Below the pieces are notes generated by a model. The model was given only the letters and a program-made list of their open reading frames with translations, was not told the origin of the DNA and searched no databases. Positions 55,449 through 64,000 of a DNA stretch of 64,000 nt are shown here, piece after piece. How positions within the stretch are numbered: the stretch's first letter is position 1; each line of letters begins with the position of its first letter. This DNA is from a virus. The stretch lies in IMG/VR virus record IMGVR_UViG_3300027131_000001; one strand, given 5' to 3'. The position numbers and the translations under genes were made by a program.

Positions 55449-56824
55449 TATCCAAACACCGTATCTAAACTATTTGACGTTACATTGTAAACTTGATAAA
55501 CTACACTGATATTAGTAGAATTAGTAAACCCAACTCTATTCTTAACATATACACTATCTCCAACACCAACACCGCCTGTGACTTGTAAGGCACCGGAACT
55601 ATTGTTACCTGATGTTGTACTACTTGTTATTACAACATTTCCTGATATATTAGCTAATCCTGTGATAGTAGTGTTGCCAGCAGCTAGAGTTGTTATGCCC
55701 GATACTGCTCCGGAGAACGAACCCGTATTAGCTGATAATACAAACCTACCAGTTGAATTACCTAATAGTATAGTATTGGATGTTGGAACAATGGCTGTTG
55801 TATTTGCACGTAATCCACTAGTAGTAAAGCTAGCAGCATTAACAGTACCAGTATGATATACACCAGTTGTATTTGCAATCAAAGTAGATCCAATTGTAAA
55901 ACTAGCAGCGTTAACTGAGCCAGCAACTACCAAATTACCAGTCGATGAAAGAGTCATCCAGCGTGTGCCGTTAGTATAAAACGCCAATGGGGTTGCTGCT
56001 CCATTAAAAATAACAGCAGCATGTGTACCTGCGCCAAAATCACCTGCGTCATTATCGAGACCTACTTGGAAAGTGCCTCCAAAATTTGTGGCTTTGAACA
56101 TTGCTTCTTGTGTGTTTACTACCGGAACAGTTGAAACAAAATTACCCGTAAATAAACCATTACCAACAACTTCTAACTTTTGGGCGGGAGAATTAGTACC
56201 TATGCCCACATTTCCAGATGTATTGATTGTATTGGCTGATATAATAAATCTACCAATAGTATTACCAAGTAATATTGTGTTTGATGTTGGTACAATAGCT
56301 GTAGTGTTTGCAACTAATCCACTAGTAGTAAAGCTAGCAGCATTTATACTATTGGCTACAGATACATTGTTACTTGTCTTATTAAATGTAAATCCCGATG
56401 TTGCATTAGAACTACCAGAATCATTAAACTGTATTTGTGTATTAGAACCACTAGCACCACCTCCTGCTACGGTTACCCAATACGGGGAACCAGAAGATCC
56501 ATTAGACGCTAGTACCTGGCCAGCAGTCCCTACCCCACCATTAGCAGATAACAATACACCAGCTGCTATAGTAACCTGTGTAGTATTAGCAATAAAATTA
56601 GTACCAACTGCGAAACTAGCTGCATTTACGGTACCGGTAACAATTTGGTTAGCTAGGTTAGCACCAACTTCAAAATACACTGTTCCATTAGACGAGAACA
56701 TCTTACCATCGGTAAGATTGAGCGCCAGTTCGCCAGTGTCAATGAAATGAGTATTACCAGAGTTGGTAGTGTTTGGAGTACGGCCGGATACCGTCGTACG
56801 TTTGACTTGTAATTTATTAGCCAT
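55448..56824 (-). CDS. Tail fibre-like protein (start MANKL)
   Basis: KR...GELALN.TDGK N-terminal module, GSNTQIQFN, GNVGIGT. Confidence 0.8.
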   Translation of the reverse strand: MANKLQVKRTTVSGRTPNTTNSGNTHFIDTGELALNLTDGKMFSSNGTVYFEVGANLANQIVTGTVNAASFAVGTNFIANTTQVTIAAGVLLSANGGVGTAGQVLASNGSSGSPYWVTVAGGGASGSNTQIQFNDSGSSNATSGFTFNKTSNNVSVANSINAASFTTSGLVANTTAIVPTSNTILLGNTIGRFIISANTINTSGNVGIGTNSPAQKLEVVGNGLFTGNFVSTVPVVNTQEAMFKATNFGGTFQVGLDNDAGDFGAGTHAAVIFNGAATPLAFYTNGTRWMTLSSTGNLVVAGSVNAASFTIGSTLIANTTGVYHTGTVNAASFTTSGLRANTTAIVPTSNTILLGNSTGRFVLSANTGSFSGAVSGITTLAAGNTTITGLANISGNVVITSSTTSGNNSSGALQVTGGVGVGDSVYVKNRVGFTNSTNISVVYQVYNVTSNSLDTVFG

Positions 56825-56854
56825 GTGGCCCCTCAATAACTCTATATAGAGCTG

Positions 56855-57061
56855 TTAAAAGTTAGTGTCAGAATTTTCTGACTTTTTTCTCGATGTTTGT
56901 TTTTCTAACTTATTATTTAGCTGGGCTACTTGATCAGCAAGTTGTGCTGCATTAGCTTCAGCCATATGTACTCGGACTTCTAATATAATATGTTTTGCAA
57001 GTAAATCTTCAATCCAGCTTTTTTGTTTAATTATATATGCATTAATGAATTCAGGTTCCAA
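56855..57061 (-). CDS. Small coiled-coil protein
   Basis: 68 aa. Confidence 0.65.
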   Translation of the reverse strand: MEPEFINAYIIKQKSWIEDLLAKHIILEVRVHMAEANAAQLADQVAQLNNKLEKQTSRKKSENSDTNF

Positions 57062-58525
57062 TTAGAAGGTTCCTCCGTCTAGTGTTGAGTAAATAACAGC
57101 TGTTCCGTTTGATTGAAGAACATACCCATCGGCACCCAGTGCAAGTTTTCTGAATCCGTTTGATGAATTAGCAACAAGAACATCTTCAGCTGTATATGAT
57201 GCAAGACCAGTACCACCACTTGTCCCGACTAAGGCAGTTGTTAAAGTCAGAGAGTTGGCTGTCATATTAACAGCAACGGTTGAATTTGCTGTTAATGTTA
57301 CAGCTGTTGAATTAGATACAAGGCCATGAGAAGATAAAAATGTATCTAATGTTCCTTTTGTATAACCTGTTGCAGTTGTATTGACAGTTGCTGTAGGAGC
57401 TGATTGAACATCTTTAAATACTTTAAAAATACCATCAGAAGCATCTCTGAAAATACCAGCATATGAAGCAGTGCCTGGATTATAAGTTCCAAAGAAACCA
57501 ATATCCAACGTATCAGAAATTGTATTATTAGAAGCTAATTGAATTAACGAGTCTGTTACAGTCAATGTAGCAACGTTAATTGTGACTAATGATCCAGAAA
57601 CCACCAAGTTACCATTGATCGTAGCATCCGTATCAACAGTTAGTGTTCCAGTACGGGTCGTATTAGCAAATACGTTATCCCATCTAAGAAGGTTTGTACC
57701 TAACGAAACTGTTCCATTAGTAGACGGAATTATACTGGAATTGACATAACCTGTAATACTAACTCGATCAGAAATAGAATTTCCAAGTACTGTGTTACCA
57801 TTTATTGTCAGATCATTATGTGTAACATTGTCTGTTGTTCCAATTGCTTGTCCAATGTGTACACCGGTTGCATTAGATACTACACCAGTTCCAGCTACAA
57901 CATGAACACCGGTTGCATTAGAGGCAATACCATTACCAGCAACAACAGCAATTGTGGGTGCAGATCCTTCTGTTGTTGCGTTACCAGATAAACCGTTACC
58001 TGCTGTTATTGTTGCAACGTAGTTGCCAGTTGTATCTGTACCAAGAGCAACAGAATCAGCTGCAATTGAAACAACACCAGTAGCAGAAACAGTAATGTCA
58101 CCAGAAAGAGTGACGTTATTAAAAAAGCTTGTTGAATTAGCAATCAGTACCTGACCGGCTGACGCACTTGTAACTGCAACGTCCGATAAACCATCGAGGT
58201 TCGTTACAGGAGCAGCAAAGTACACACCACCGGTTGAATTAGATGAAAGAACTTGACCAGCTGTTCCAAACGCACCATTAGCATATATCTTATCAATTGT
58301 TGCATTTGCAACTTTGATTGCATCTAAGTAACTGGTTGCGTTAGCAACAAGTGCTTGGTTTGCTGTAAGGGTACCAGGGGTTCTTTTACCGCCAATAGCA
58401 AGTACTGTAGAGTTACTACCAACATAAAGTACGTCACCGTTAGCTGTAACAGCTAATTCACCGTTTGCAAGTGAAGCTGGTACGCTTGTAGAAAGTGATC
58501 GTTTGATCTGAATTAGATTGGCCAT
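57062..58525 (-). CDS. Tail fibre-like structural protein
   Basis: IQIKRS...LANGELA N-terminus, LDGGTF C-terminus. Confidence 0.8.
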   Translation of the reverse strand: MANLIQIKRSLSTSVPASLANGELAVTANGDVLYVGSNSTVLAIGGKRTPGTLTANQALVANATSYLDAIKVANATIDKIYANGAFGTAGQVLSSNSTGGVYFAAPVTNLDGLSDVAVTSASAGQVLIANSTSFFNNVTLSGDITVSATGVVSIAADSVALGTDTTGNYVATITAGNGLSGNATTEGSAPTIAVVAGNGIASNATGVHVVAGTGVVSNATGVHIGQAIGTTDNVTHNDLTINGNTVLGNSISDRVSITGYVNSSIIPSTNGTVSLGTNLLRWDNVFANTTRTGTLTVDTDATINGNLVVSGSLVTINVATLTVTDSLIQLASNNTISDTLDIGFFGTYNPGTASYAGIFRDASDGIFKVFKDVQSAPTATVNTTATGYTKGTLDTFLSSHGLVSNSTAVTLTANSTVAVNMTANSLTLTTALVGTSGGTGLASYTAEDVLVANSSNGFRKLALGADGYVLQSNGTAVIYSTLDGGTF

Positions 58526-58555
58526 TTATTATTTTTCCTCTATTAGGCAACCATA

Positions 58556-58804
58556 TTAAAAAGAACCGCCATCAAGTGAAATTTGTTGTACTACATATTT
58601 ATCGTCTGAAGATCTGTAGACAAGGGTCGACCCATCTACGGGAGAATTTTCAACCACATCTGCAAGTGAGTCTAATCGATTACCAGTAGAAGTAAGCGTA
58701 ACAGGCGCAGTCGATTGGATCTGCCCACCACCGGTGTTAACAGATGCTTTAATGTTTGAAGAAGTTACCAACCTAACGGTTGCTGAGTTTAACGACATTG
58801 TCAC
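58556..58804 (-). CDS. Small structural protein
   Basis: LDSLADV, LDGGSF. Confidence 0.65.
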   Translation of the reverse strand: MTMSLNSATVRLVTSSNIKASVNTGGGQIQSTAPVTLTSTGNRLDSLADVVENSPVDGSTLVYRSSDDKYVVQQISLDGGSF

Positions 58805-59130
58805 CTCGTGACTTCAGGTGTTACTGTAACAATTCCTTCAACTATTCTAGAAACAACATTGGCACCACTAGTTACCTCGACATCATAAACATATCTACCT
58901 GCTGTTAAATTTGCAGTCTGACCAGCAGTTAAACTCAAGGTAACGGTTCCATTATTACCTCCAAGAGATATTGAAAAACTTTGAGAATTAGATGATGTAT
59001 AGTGCTTACGTATCTCAGAGTCTCCAGTGTAACCGGTTAGATCAACAGGATTTCCAGCATCATCAGTTAAATTAATGACTGTTGAGAATGTAGTTCCTTG
59101 ATCAATTAAAATATTAGCTTTTGTTGCCAT
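58801..59130 (-). CDS. Ig-like / BppU-like virion protein
   Basis: IDQGTTF...GRYVYDVE...RIVEG.VTVTPEVTR. Confidence 0.75.
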   Translation of the reverse strand: MATKANILIDQGTTFSTVINLTDDAGNPVDLTGYTGDSEIRKHYTSSNSQSFSISLGGNNGTVTLSLTAGQTANLTAGRYVYDVEVTSGANVVSRIVEGIVTVTPEVTR

Positions 59131-59184
59131 TTGTTATCTCATTGTTATGATGGTGAAATATATGGTCTTATCCCATTTGTTAAC

Positions 59185-59192
59185 TATTTATA
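59185..59192 (-). promoter_or_regulatory. T4 late promoter
   Basis: TATAAATA. Confidence 0.75.
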
Positions 59193-59204
59193 TTGTTGAA
59201 AATA

Positions 59205-60005
59205 CTAATATTTAATCATCCTTATCACCCATACAGTCGGATCAATCTCCCACCATTTTTCACCATGATTCCATCTTGAGGGATGTTTATGGTGGTTATT
59301 GTGCCACCCATTTGTACCTAGACTAATGATTGCACCAAAAATACTGTTTTTTGATTTACCGGCCGTCTTATAATTTTGGTATCCAATTTGGTGTGTAATT
59401 ATATTAGATATACCGAGCGTATGAAGCACAAACCCGGCAGGGATAACATACGCAGCCCAAAAGAGCATTGGATCTATACATGCAAGAAATATAACATATA
59501 GCATAATAATCTTGATATAGTTATTATCAAAGAATGTGATTATTTTATCACGTCTCACATCTTTTGTATGGGCAACCCACTCTCTTGCAGAATGAATTAT
59601 TGGAAAATTGTTTGTGTAAAGACGCCACCAAGAAACATACTCATACGATTGAGGGTCATACACAGTATCTTGATATCTATGATGAAGTCTATGTGTTCCT
59701 ACTAAAACACTAAGATTACCAATTGAAGCTAACCCTCCAAACATAATAAGTATAAAATTAAAAAATTTATTCGTCTGAAAACTTTTGTGGGTCAGGTACC
59801 TATGTACACCGGCATCCATACCAATATTATTAAATAAAAAAACAAAAATTAAAGTTACAATAACATATACAACAGTATTAGCTGTCAATATTTTGTACAC
59901 CCCAATAAAAAACAACAGAAGAACACAAAACTTTATGAAATTTATTCTTCTGTTGCTTGCTTGTAAGGATGGATCAAGGAATAACGATAATATATGAATG
60001 TTCAT
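59205..60005 (-). CDS. Membrane fatty-acid desaturase (delta-9-like)
   Basis: His boxes HRYLTH, HRLHH, HNNHH; WWEIDP. Confidence 0.9.
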   Translation of the reverse strand: MNIHILSLFLDPSLQASNRRINFIKFCVLLLFFIGVYKILTANTVVYVIVTLIFVFLFNNIGMDAGVHRYLTHKSFQTNKFFNFILIMFGGLASIGNLSVLVGTHRLHHRYQDTVYDPQSYEYVSWWRLYTNNFPIIHSAREWVAHTKDVRRDKIITFFDNNYIKIIMLYVIFLACIDPMLFWAAYVIPAGFVLHTLGISNIITHQIGYQNYKTAGKSKNSIFGAIISLGTNGWHNNHHKHPSRWNHGEKWWEIDPTVWVIRMIKY

Positions 60006-60427
60006 ATGATTTAACTATAACATTTGGCGGACATGTGATTTCTGTTTCTTCATGGTAATCCACACCACCAACCACCAACTTCCCTTTACATAGATACATT
60101 TTGGTTTCTTTTTCAAACAATCTTGTTTCACCTGGATACATTACCAATGTATCGTAATTTAATTTTCTACCTTCATTATTTTTTGAGTCATAACAATAAA
60201 CTACCGTATTTCCGTGTGATAGCGTATTATATATTCCATGTGGCTCACTATTAGCATATACACATTTACCAGCAACACTGTCGTTAACTTGACTCAGGTT
60301 ACCGGTATTTTGCTCTACGAACTCTTGTGTAATTTTACCACTTACAAAAAAATACTTACTTGTTGAGTTATGGTCAATTTCTCAAAAAATAATTACCAAA
60401 AATAGAAACTTTTTTTAATTTAATCAT
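59974..60427 (-). pseudogene. Frameshifted hypothetical gene
   Basis: ATG 60427 gives MIKLKKVSIFGNYFLRN*; a ~135-codon frame continues at +1 to TGA 59974. Confidence 0.55.
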
Positions 60428-60438
60428 AAGATATTTAA

Positions 60439-60762
60439 CTATGCATTGAATGTTTGATTGTCTGGTATAGTAGCACTTCCCTCTGCCAGTAATCTTTCAA
60501 ATTCAGACATCTCATTGGCAACTGCCGATAGTTCTTGTTCTTGTTGTTGCGCAAGTGCAATCAAATCGCTGTATGGGCTAATGTCGGTTATTTCTTCGTT
60601 TCTAGTTTTTTTCCCAGTAACAACATTTTTATATTCTATCTCTCCTATATTTCCATTCCACTGAACAGCATGAATGGATGGATCTAAAGAAGAACAGTCA
60701 ACAGTTGCGTTGAAGTTATCTAGATAAATCATATTATCAACTGGTACAATTGTTACTCTCAT
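60439..60762 (-). CDS. Hypothetical (tail-fibre-assembly-like) protein
   Basis: IHAVQW.G..GEIEY motif. Confidence 0.7.
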   Translation of the reverse strand: MRVTIVPVDNMIYLDNFNATVDCSSLDPSIHAVQWNGNIGEIEYKNVVTGKKTRNEEITDISPYSDLIALAQQQEQELSAVANEMSEFERLLAEGSATIPDNQTFNA

Positions 60763-60772
60763 CGAAATTCCT

Positions 60773-61378
60773 TTAATTTAAATCTATATCGTACGATACT
60801 GGTACAAAGTGAAAAAATACAAGGTTACAAAATTTACCTTTAATTTTCTCTCTGTAGTGTGGGCTATCTGTTCCCGAGTAACAAACAGCATCATTTGGTT
60901 CTAAAATATAATCTTGATCTTGTATGTTAATTGGCCAAACTTGATCTTGATCTATACAAAAATCAATAGTATATTTACATTGAGGCCTATCAGTATGAAA
61001 TGGACATATCCCTTTTTCATTATACATACTCAAGAAACTATAAGAAGGCTTTACTTCTTCACCAAAGATATTACAAGCATCTGCTGTAAGTTGTGGATGA
61101 ATAGTTCTCATCATAAACTCATTATGGTAAAATGTACGATGAAAATTATCTGTATCCACACTTCTCATCGAAGTATTTAGGTCATTATATATGTGATGTT
61201 TAATTCTTTGATGATCTTCTTTTTTGAAGAAGTTTTTTACCACAACTGGAGTAAACACGTTTTTGTTAAAGTTCAATATATCATTGTTTTCATTAACAAA
61301 TCCATCTTTTGTTCTTCTAATAAAGCAACTAGGGTTAAGGAATTTGATATCGCCTTCTTTAAGATCAAATAAACTCAT
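60773..61378 (-). CDS. 2OG-Fe(II) oxygenase
   Basis: PSYSF...HTDRPQC...Y.G...HYR...FFHF. Confidence 0.8.
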   Translation of the reverse strand: MSLFDLKEGDIKFLNPSCFIRRTKDGFVNENNDILNFNKNVFTPVVVKNFFKKEDHQRIKHHIYNDLNTSMRSVDTDNFHRTFYHNEFMMRTIHPQLTADACNIFGEEVKPSYSFLSMYNEKGICPFHTDRPQCKYTIDFCIDQDQVWPINIQDQDYILEPNDAVCYSGTDSPHYREKIKGKFCNLVFFHFVPVSYDIDLN

Positions 61379-61387
61379 AGATATATC

Positions 61388-61966
61388 TCAATTAAACCAT
61401 GAAACTATTGAATACCTAGTACCAGACATTACTGGTAATATTTGATGAGGATATATAAAAGTAGATGGAAATACAATAGCAGATCCTTTTTTGGGTTTCA
61501 ATATATACTCACCATCAAAGAAAGCCCACTCTCCACCTTCATAATTATCATTCAATAGTAGAGAACAAGATACCATTCTGGAAAGATTACCAACATGATC
61601 TGTGTGTTGCACATATCTTTGTCCTACTTCATACCTGAGAAGCTGGTATCCGTCATCTTTAAATATCTTACACTCTGGAAATTTATTGGCGTACCTTTTT
61701 ATTATATTACCAACACATGCAAATACCCTGTTATCAAGTTCTCGTCTTAGTAAGCTGTCGACAATAACTGACTCATGGGATAAAGATATTTCTTGACAAC
61801 TTCTAATGTTTCGATTTACAACTGTCGAACCAGAATCATATCCAACAGTAGTATTACTCCACAAATTGCAATCTTTGTATTCTTCTATAATATCATCACA
61901 CAGTGAGATTGGGATCACATCTTCTAATACAACAATATAATCTTTAATATTATCAGGATATTTCAT
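61388..61966 (-). CDS. 2OG-Fe(II) oxygenase, prolyl-4-hydroxylase-like
   Basis: HTD, LNDNYEGGE, FPS...YPH...GTRYSIVSW. Confidence 0.9.
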   Translation of the reverse strand: MKYPDNIKDYIVVLEDVIPISLCDDIIEEYKDCNLWSNTTVGYDSGSTVVNRNIRSCQEISLSHESVIVDSLLRRELDNRVFACVGNIIKRYANKFPECKIFKDDGYQLLRYEVGQRYVQHTDHVGNLSRMVSCSLLLNDNYEGGEWAFFDGEYILKPKKGSAIVFPSTFIYPHQILPVMSGTRYSIVSWFN

Positions 61967-62313
61967 TGTCTATTTCCTTCAACATCATTAATTAACTGAT
62001 CCACTACAACGTGTGTATTCCTCAAATAGTCTTTTACAACAGTTTGTTTTAAGACATTGATATTGGACTCATTAGCTTTTACCATTTCATTTCTAAATGA
62101 TTCAACGGCCGCGCCTGTTTGTCGTTGTTGCTGACTGTTTTCAATCATTAACGTTGGTAGCCATGCAATTGCACACTCAAAGGAATCTATCTCTTTTCCT
62201 GTATTTGGATCAGATCCTCTGATTTGGATAAACCAAGAACATTCTAAACCAATACATTTCTTTTTCAAAAGAGGACAAAAGTCCCCGCGTTCAAACTTCA
62301 TAATAAACTCCAA
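61963..62313 (-). CDS. Conserved phage hypothetical protein
   Basis: CPL..K.C...C.W...ENSQQQRQTGAAVESFRNEMV. Confidence 0.8.
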   Translation of the reverse strand: MEFIMKFERGDFCPLLKKKCIGLECSWFIQIRGSDPNTGKEIDSFECAIAWLPTLMIENSQQQRQTGAAVESFRNEMVKANESNINVLKQTVVKDYLRNTHVVVDQLINDVEGNRQ

Positions 62314-62325
62314 ATGATAAAATAA

Positions 62326-62820
62326 TTAAACAGCAGGATATGCATCCTTTGTTGCAATGATAACATCTACATACTGAACAGCAAGGTCAATAGCAGTACC
62401 TGAAAAAGTTCCAGTGTGATTGTGAGCCCCACCACCACCGGTAGGACCAGATGACTGTGGTGTTGGGCCAGAGGCGCCGCTAGCGGATCCCGAGGTAGCT
62501 TTTCCGGGACCAAGTAACGTACCCAGCGTGTGGGTGTGCGCCGGTATCTGTGGTGTGGATAGTGTTGTATTATCAACAGTAACCGAGCCGGCTACCGACT
62601 TACTAGCAAATGCTGTTGTAAACGCCACCGTTCCACCAGGAGTAACCGTTCCTGTAACCACACGCAAAGCTTTATTATTGTGTGTTGATACATCCTTTGT
62701 CCATCCTGTCGGAGCTGCGGTTTGCACAAACAGCATAACAGTACCAGCCGGGATCGGATTTGTTGTTAAAACTGTTGTATCATTAAATGTAATACCACCA
62801 GAGCTTACGGTTGTTCCCAT
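62326..62820 (-). CDS. Tail-collar-like fibre protein
   Basis: IPAGTVMLF.Q.AAPTGW, QIPAHTH, AHNH. Confidence 0.8.
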   Translation of the reverse strand: MGTTVSSGGITFNDTTVLTTNPIPAGTVMLFVQTAAPTGWTKDVSTHNNKALRVVTGTVTPGGTVAFTTAFASKSVAGSVTVDNTTLSTPQIPAHTHTLGTLLGPGKATSGSASGASGPTPQSSGPTGGGGAHNHTGTFSGTAIDLAVQYVDVIIATKDAYPAV

Positions 62821-64000
62821 TTACTTTCCTTCAATTATACTATTGTTTATTTTGCTAGACAACGCGTCTATCTGAATTTGTTGTTCTTTTATTGCTTCAA
62901 TTAGTAGACCAACAATGTGACCATATGAAACAGATTTCCATCCTTCACTATCTGTGACCACTACTTCCGGAATTACTTCTTCGGTTTCTTGCGCAATAAC
63001 ACCGATGTATTTACCTTTTGTTTGCTTATGGGTATACGATACACCTCTTAATCTATTTACTTTATCTAAAGCATTCGGAATTGTAACAATATCATCTTTT
63101 AATCTTTCATCAGATGAGCTGACATGAGATGTTGATGTCAAAGCACCTGTAGATGGGTTATACGTAAGTTTTGTTGTACTGACATTCAAACCAGTAGACT
63201 GGCCACTAGATGAGCTTGTAAAGGTTACATATCTTACAGCCGCAGTAGCAACATCATCGGTTATAGTAACACCAGCATCTGCCCAGTATGCATTTGTAGA
63301 AGTGCCACCAGAAGTCAACACGGCGCCAGCTGTGCCTTGCGAGGCATTGGCGGATAGGAAATTTAAAGCAACATTACTTGCATTCAACGTCCATCTCTTT
63401 GTACCTGCCCCAAGTTCACTACCAACTGTATTAGATAACGGATAAGAACCAGTATTATTTGCAGTAAAGTTAGTTGTTGTAAAACTAGCTGCATTAATGG
63501 TACCAGTATGATATACCCCAGATGTGTTTGCATCAAACTGTGTACCCAAATCTATACTTGTTGGTGTTATAGCAACATTGACTGATGTGTTACCAACAGA
63601 AATTGAAGTGGCATTGGCAAACAAACCATTCGATGCAGCTCCGATGGTTCCTGAACCAAACCCAGTGCTTGCATTAACTTGGCCGGTTATTGTTGTGCCG
63701 GCTGTGCCAGTTATCAAGCCAGAGAAGTTACCAGTGTTGGCTGTTAAATTAAATCTGTTTGTTGCACTTCCAAGTACAATTCCTTCTGTGTTAGATAATG
63801 GGATTAGTCCTGTATTATTTGCTTTTAAGTTGGTGGTTGTAAAACTTGCAGCGTTAATTGTACCAGTATGATATGCACCAGATGCATTTGCAGTAAATGC
63901 ATTTGCAGTTAATGATGTTATAACATTCAGCGTTGTTGTTACATTTGCAGATCCAGTTACTTTAAATGTCGAATCTGTTTGCTCTGCAGAACTACCAACA
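62821..64000 (-). CDS. Tail fibre with peptidase S74 chaperone, 5' end outside the window
   Basis: Frame open to the window edge; SSDERLK...GVIAQE...LLIEAIKE. Confidence 0.85.
   Translation of the reverse strand, partial: VGSSAEQTDSTFKVTGSANVTTTLNVITSLTANAFTANASGAYHTGTINAASFTTTNLKANNTGLIPLSNTEGIVLGSATNRFNLTANTGNFSGLITGTAGTTITGQVNASTGFGSGTIGAASNGLFANATSISVGNTSVNVAITPTSIDLGTQFDANTSGVYHTGTINAASFTTTNFTANNTGSYPLSNTVGSELGAGTKRWTLNASNVALNFLSANASQGTAGAVLTSGGTSTNAYWADAGVTITDDVATAAVRYVTFTSSSSGQSTGLNVSTTKLTYNPSTGALTSTSHVSSSDERLKDDIVTIPNALDKVNRLRGVSYTHKQTKGKYIGVIAQETEEVIPEVVVTDSEGWKSVSYGHIVGLLIEAIKEQQIQIDALSSKINNSIIEGK

Noticed and set aside
195-63871. Other short plus-strand or nested ORFs inside core genes
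   Set aside because: Shadow ORFs opposite or within well-supported genes.
1-64000. Stop-codon reassignment
   Set aside because: Core genes are intact in the standard code, TAG and TGA both end genes normally, and no suppressor tRNA was found.
48336-64000. Diversity-generating retroelement or invertible fibre cassette
   Set aside because: No reverse transcriptase, recombinase or adenine-specific TR/VR pair is visible in the window.

Overview
A 64-kb segment of a large T4-like myovirus genome, almost entirely coded on the minus strand. A freshwater proteobacterial host is plausible but is only an inference. Left to right it holds: (1) a replication module (gp43, regA, gp62/44/45) with Hsp20, PhoH and nucleotide-metabolism genes; (2) 7-deazaguanine genes (FolE, QueD, QueE, a second QueD-like protein and a TGT/DpdA-like protein); (3) an ~11-kb array of 28 CCA-ending tRNA or tRNA-like genes covering all 20 amino acids, interleaved with several structured non-coding RNAs and accessory ORFs; (4) gp46/47, gp55 and uvsW/uvsY; (5) the head/tail module gp3, gp23-gp13; (6) a fibre/structural region ending in an oxygenase/desaturase island. 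The most notable finding sits at the head of the tRNA array (24210-24411). It is an unannotated 28-codon leader ORF that uses 19 of the 20 amino acids and 26 distinct codons. Its stop codon overlaps an antiterminator arm that competes with an intrinsic terminator. This looks like a ribosome-mediated attenuator that would switch on phage tRNA transcription when decoding of almost any codon fails. Other highlights are a ROSE-like thermometer on hsp20, non-canonical tRNA-Tyr and tRNA-Ser, several orphan ncRNAs, an apparent AUC start for gp14, and N-X-S/T enrichment in virion proteins. All calls were made by eye and no database searches were run.
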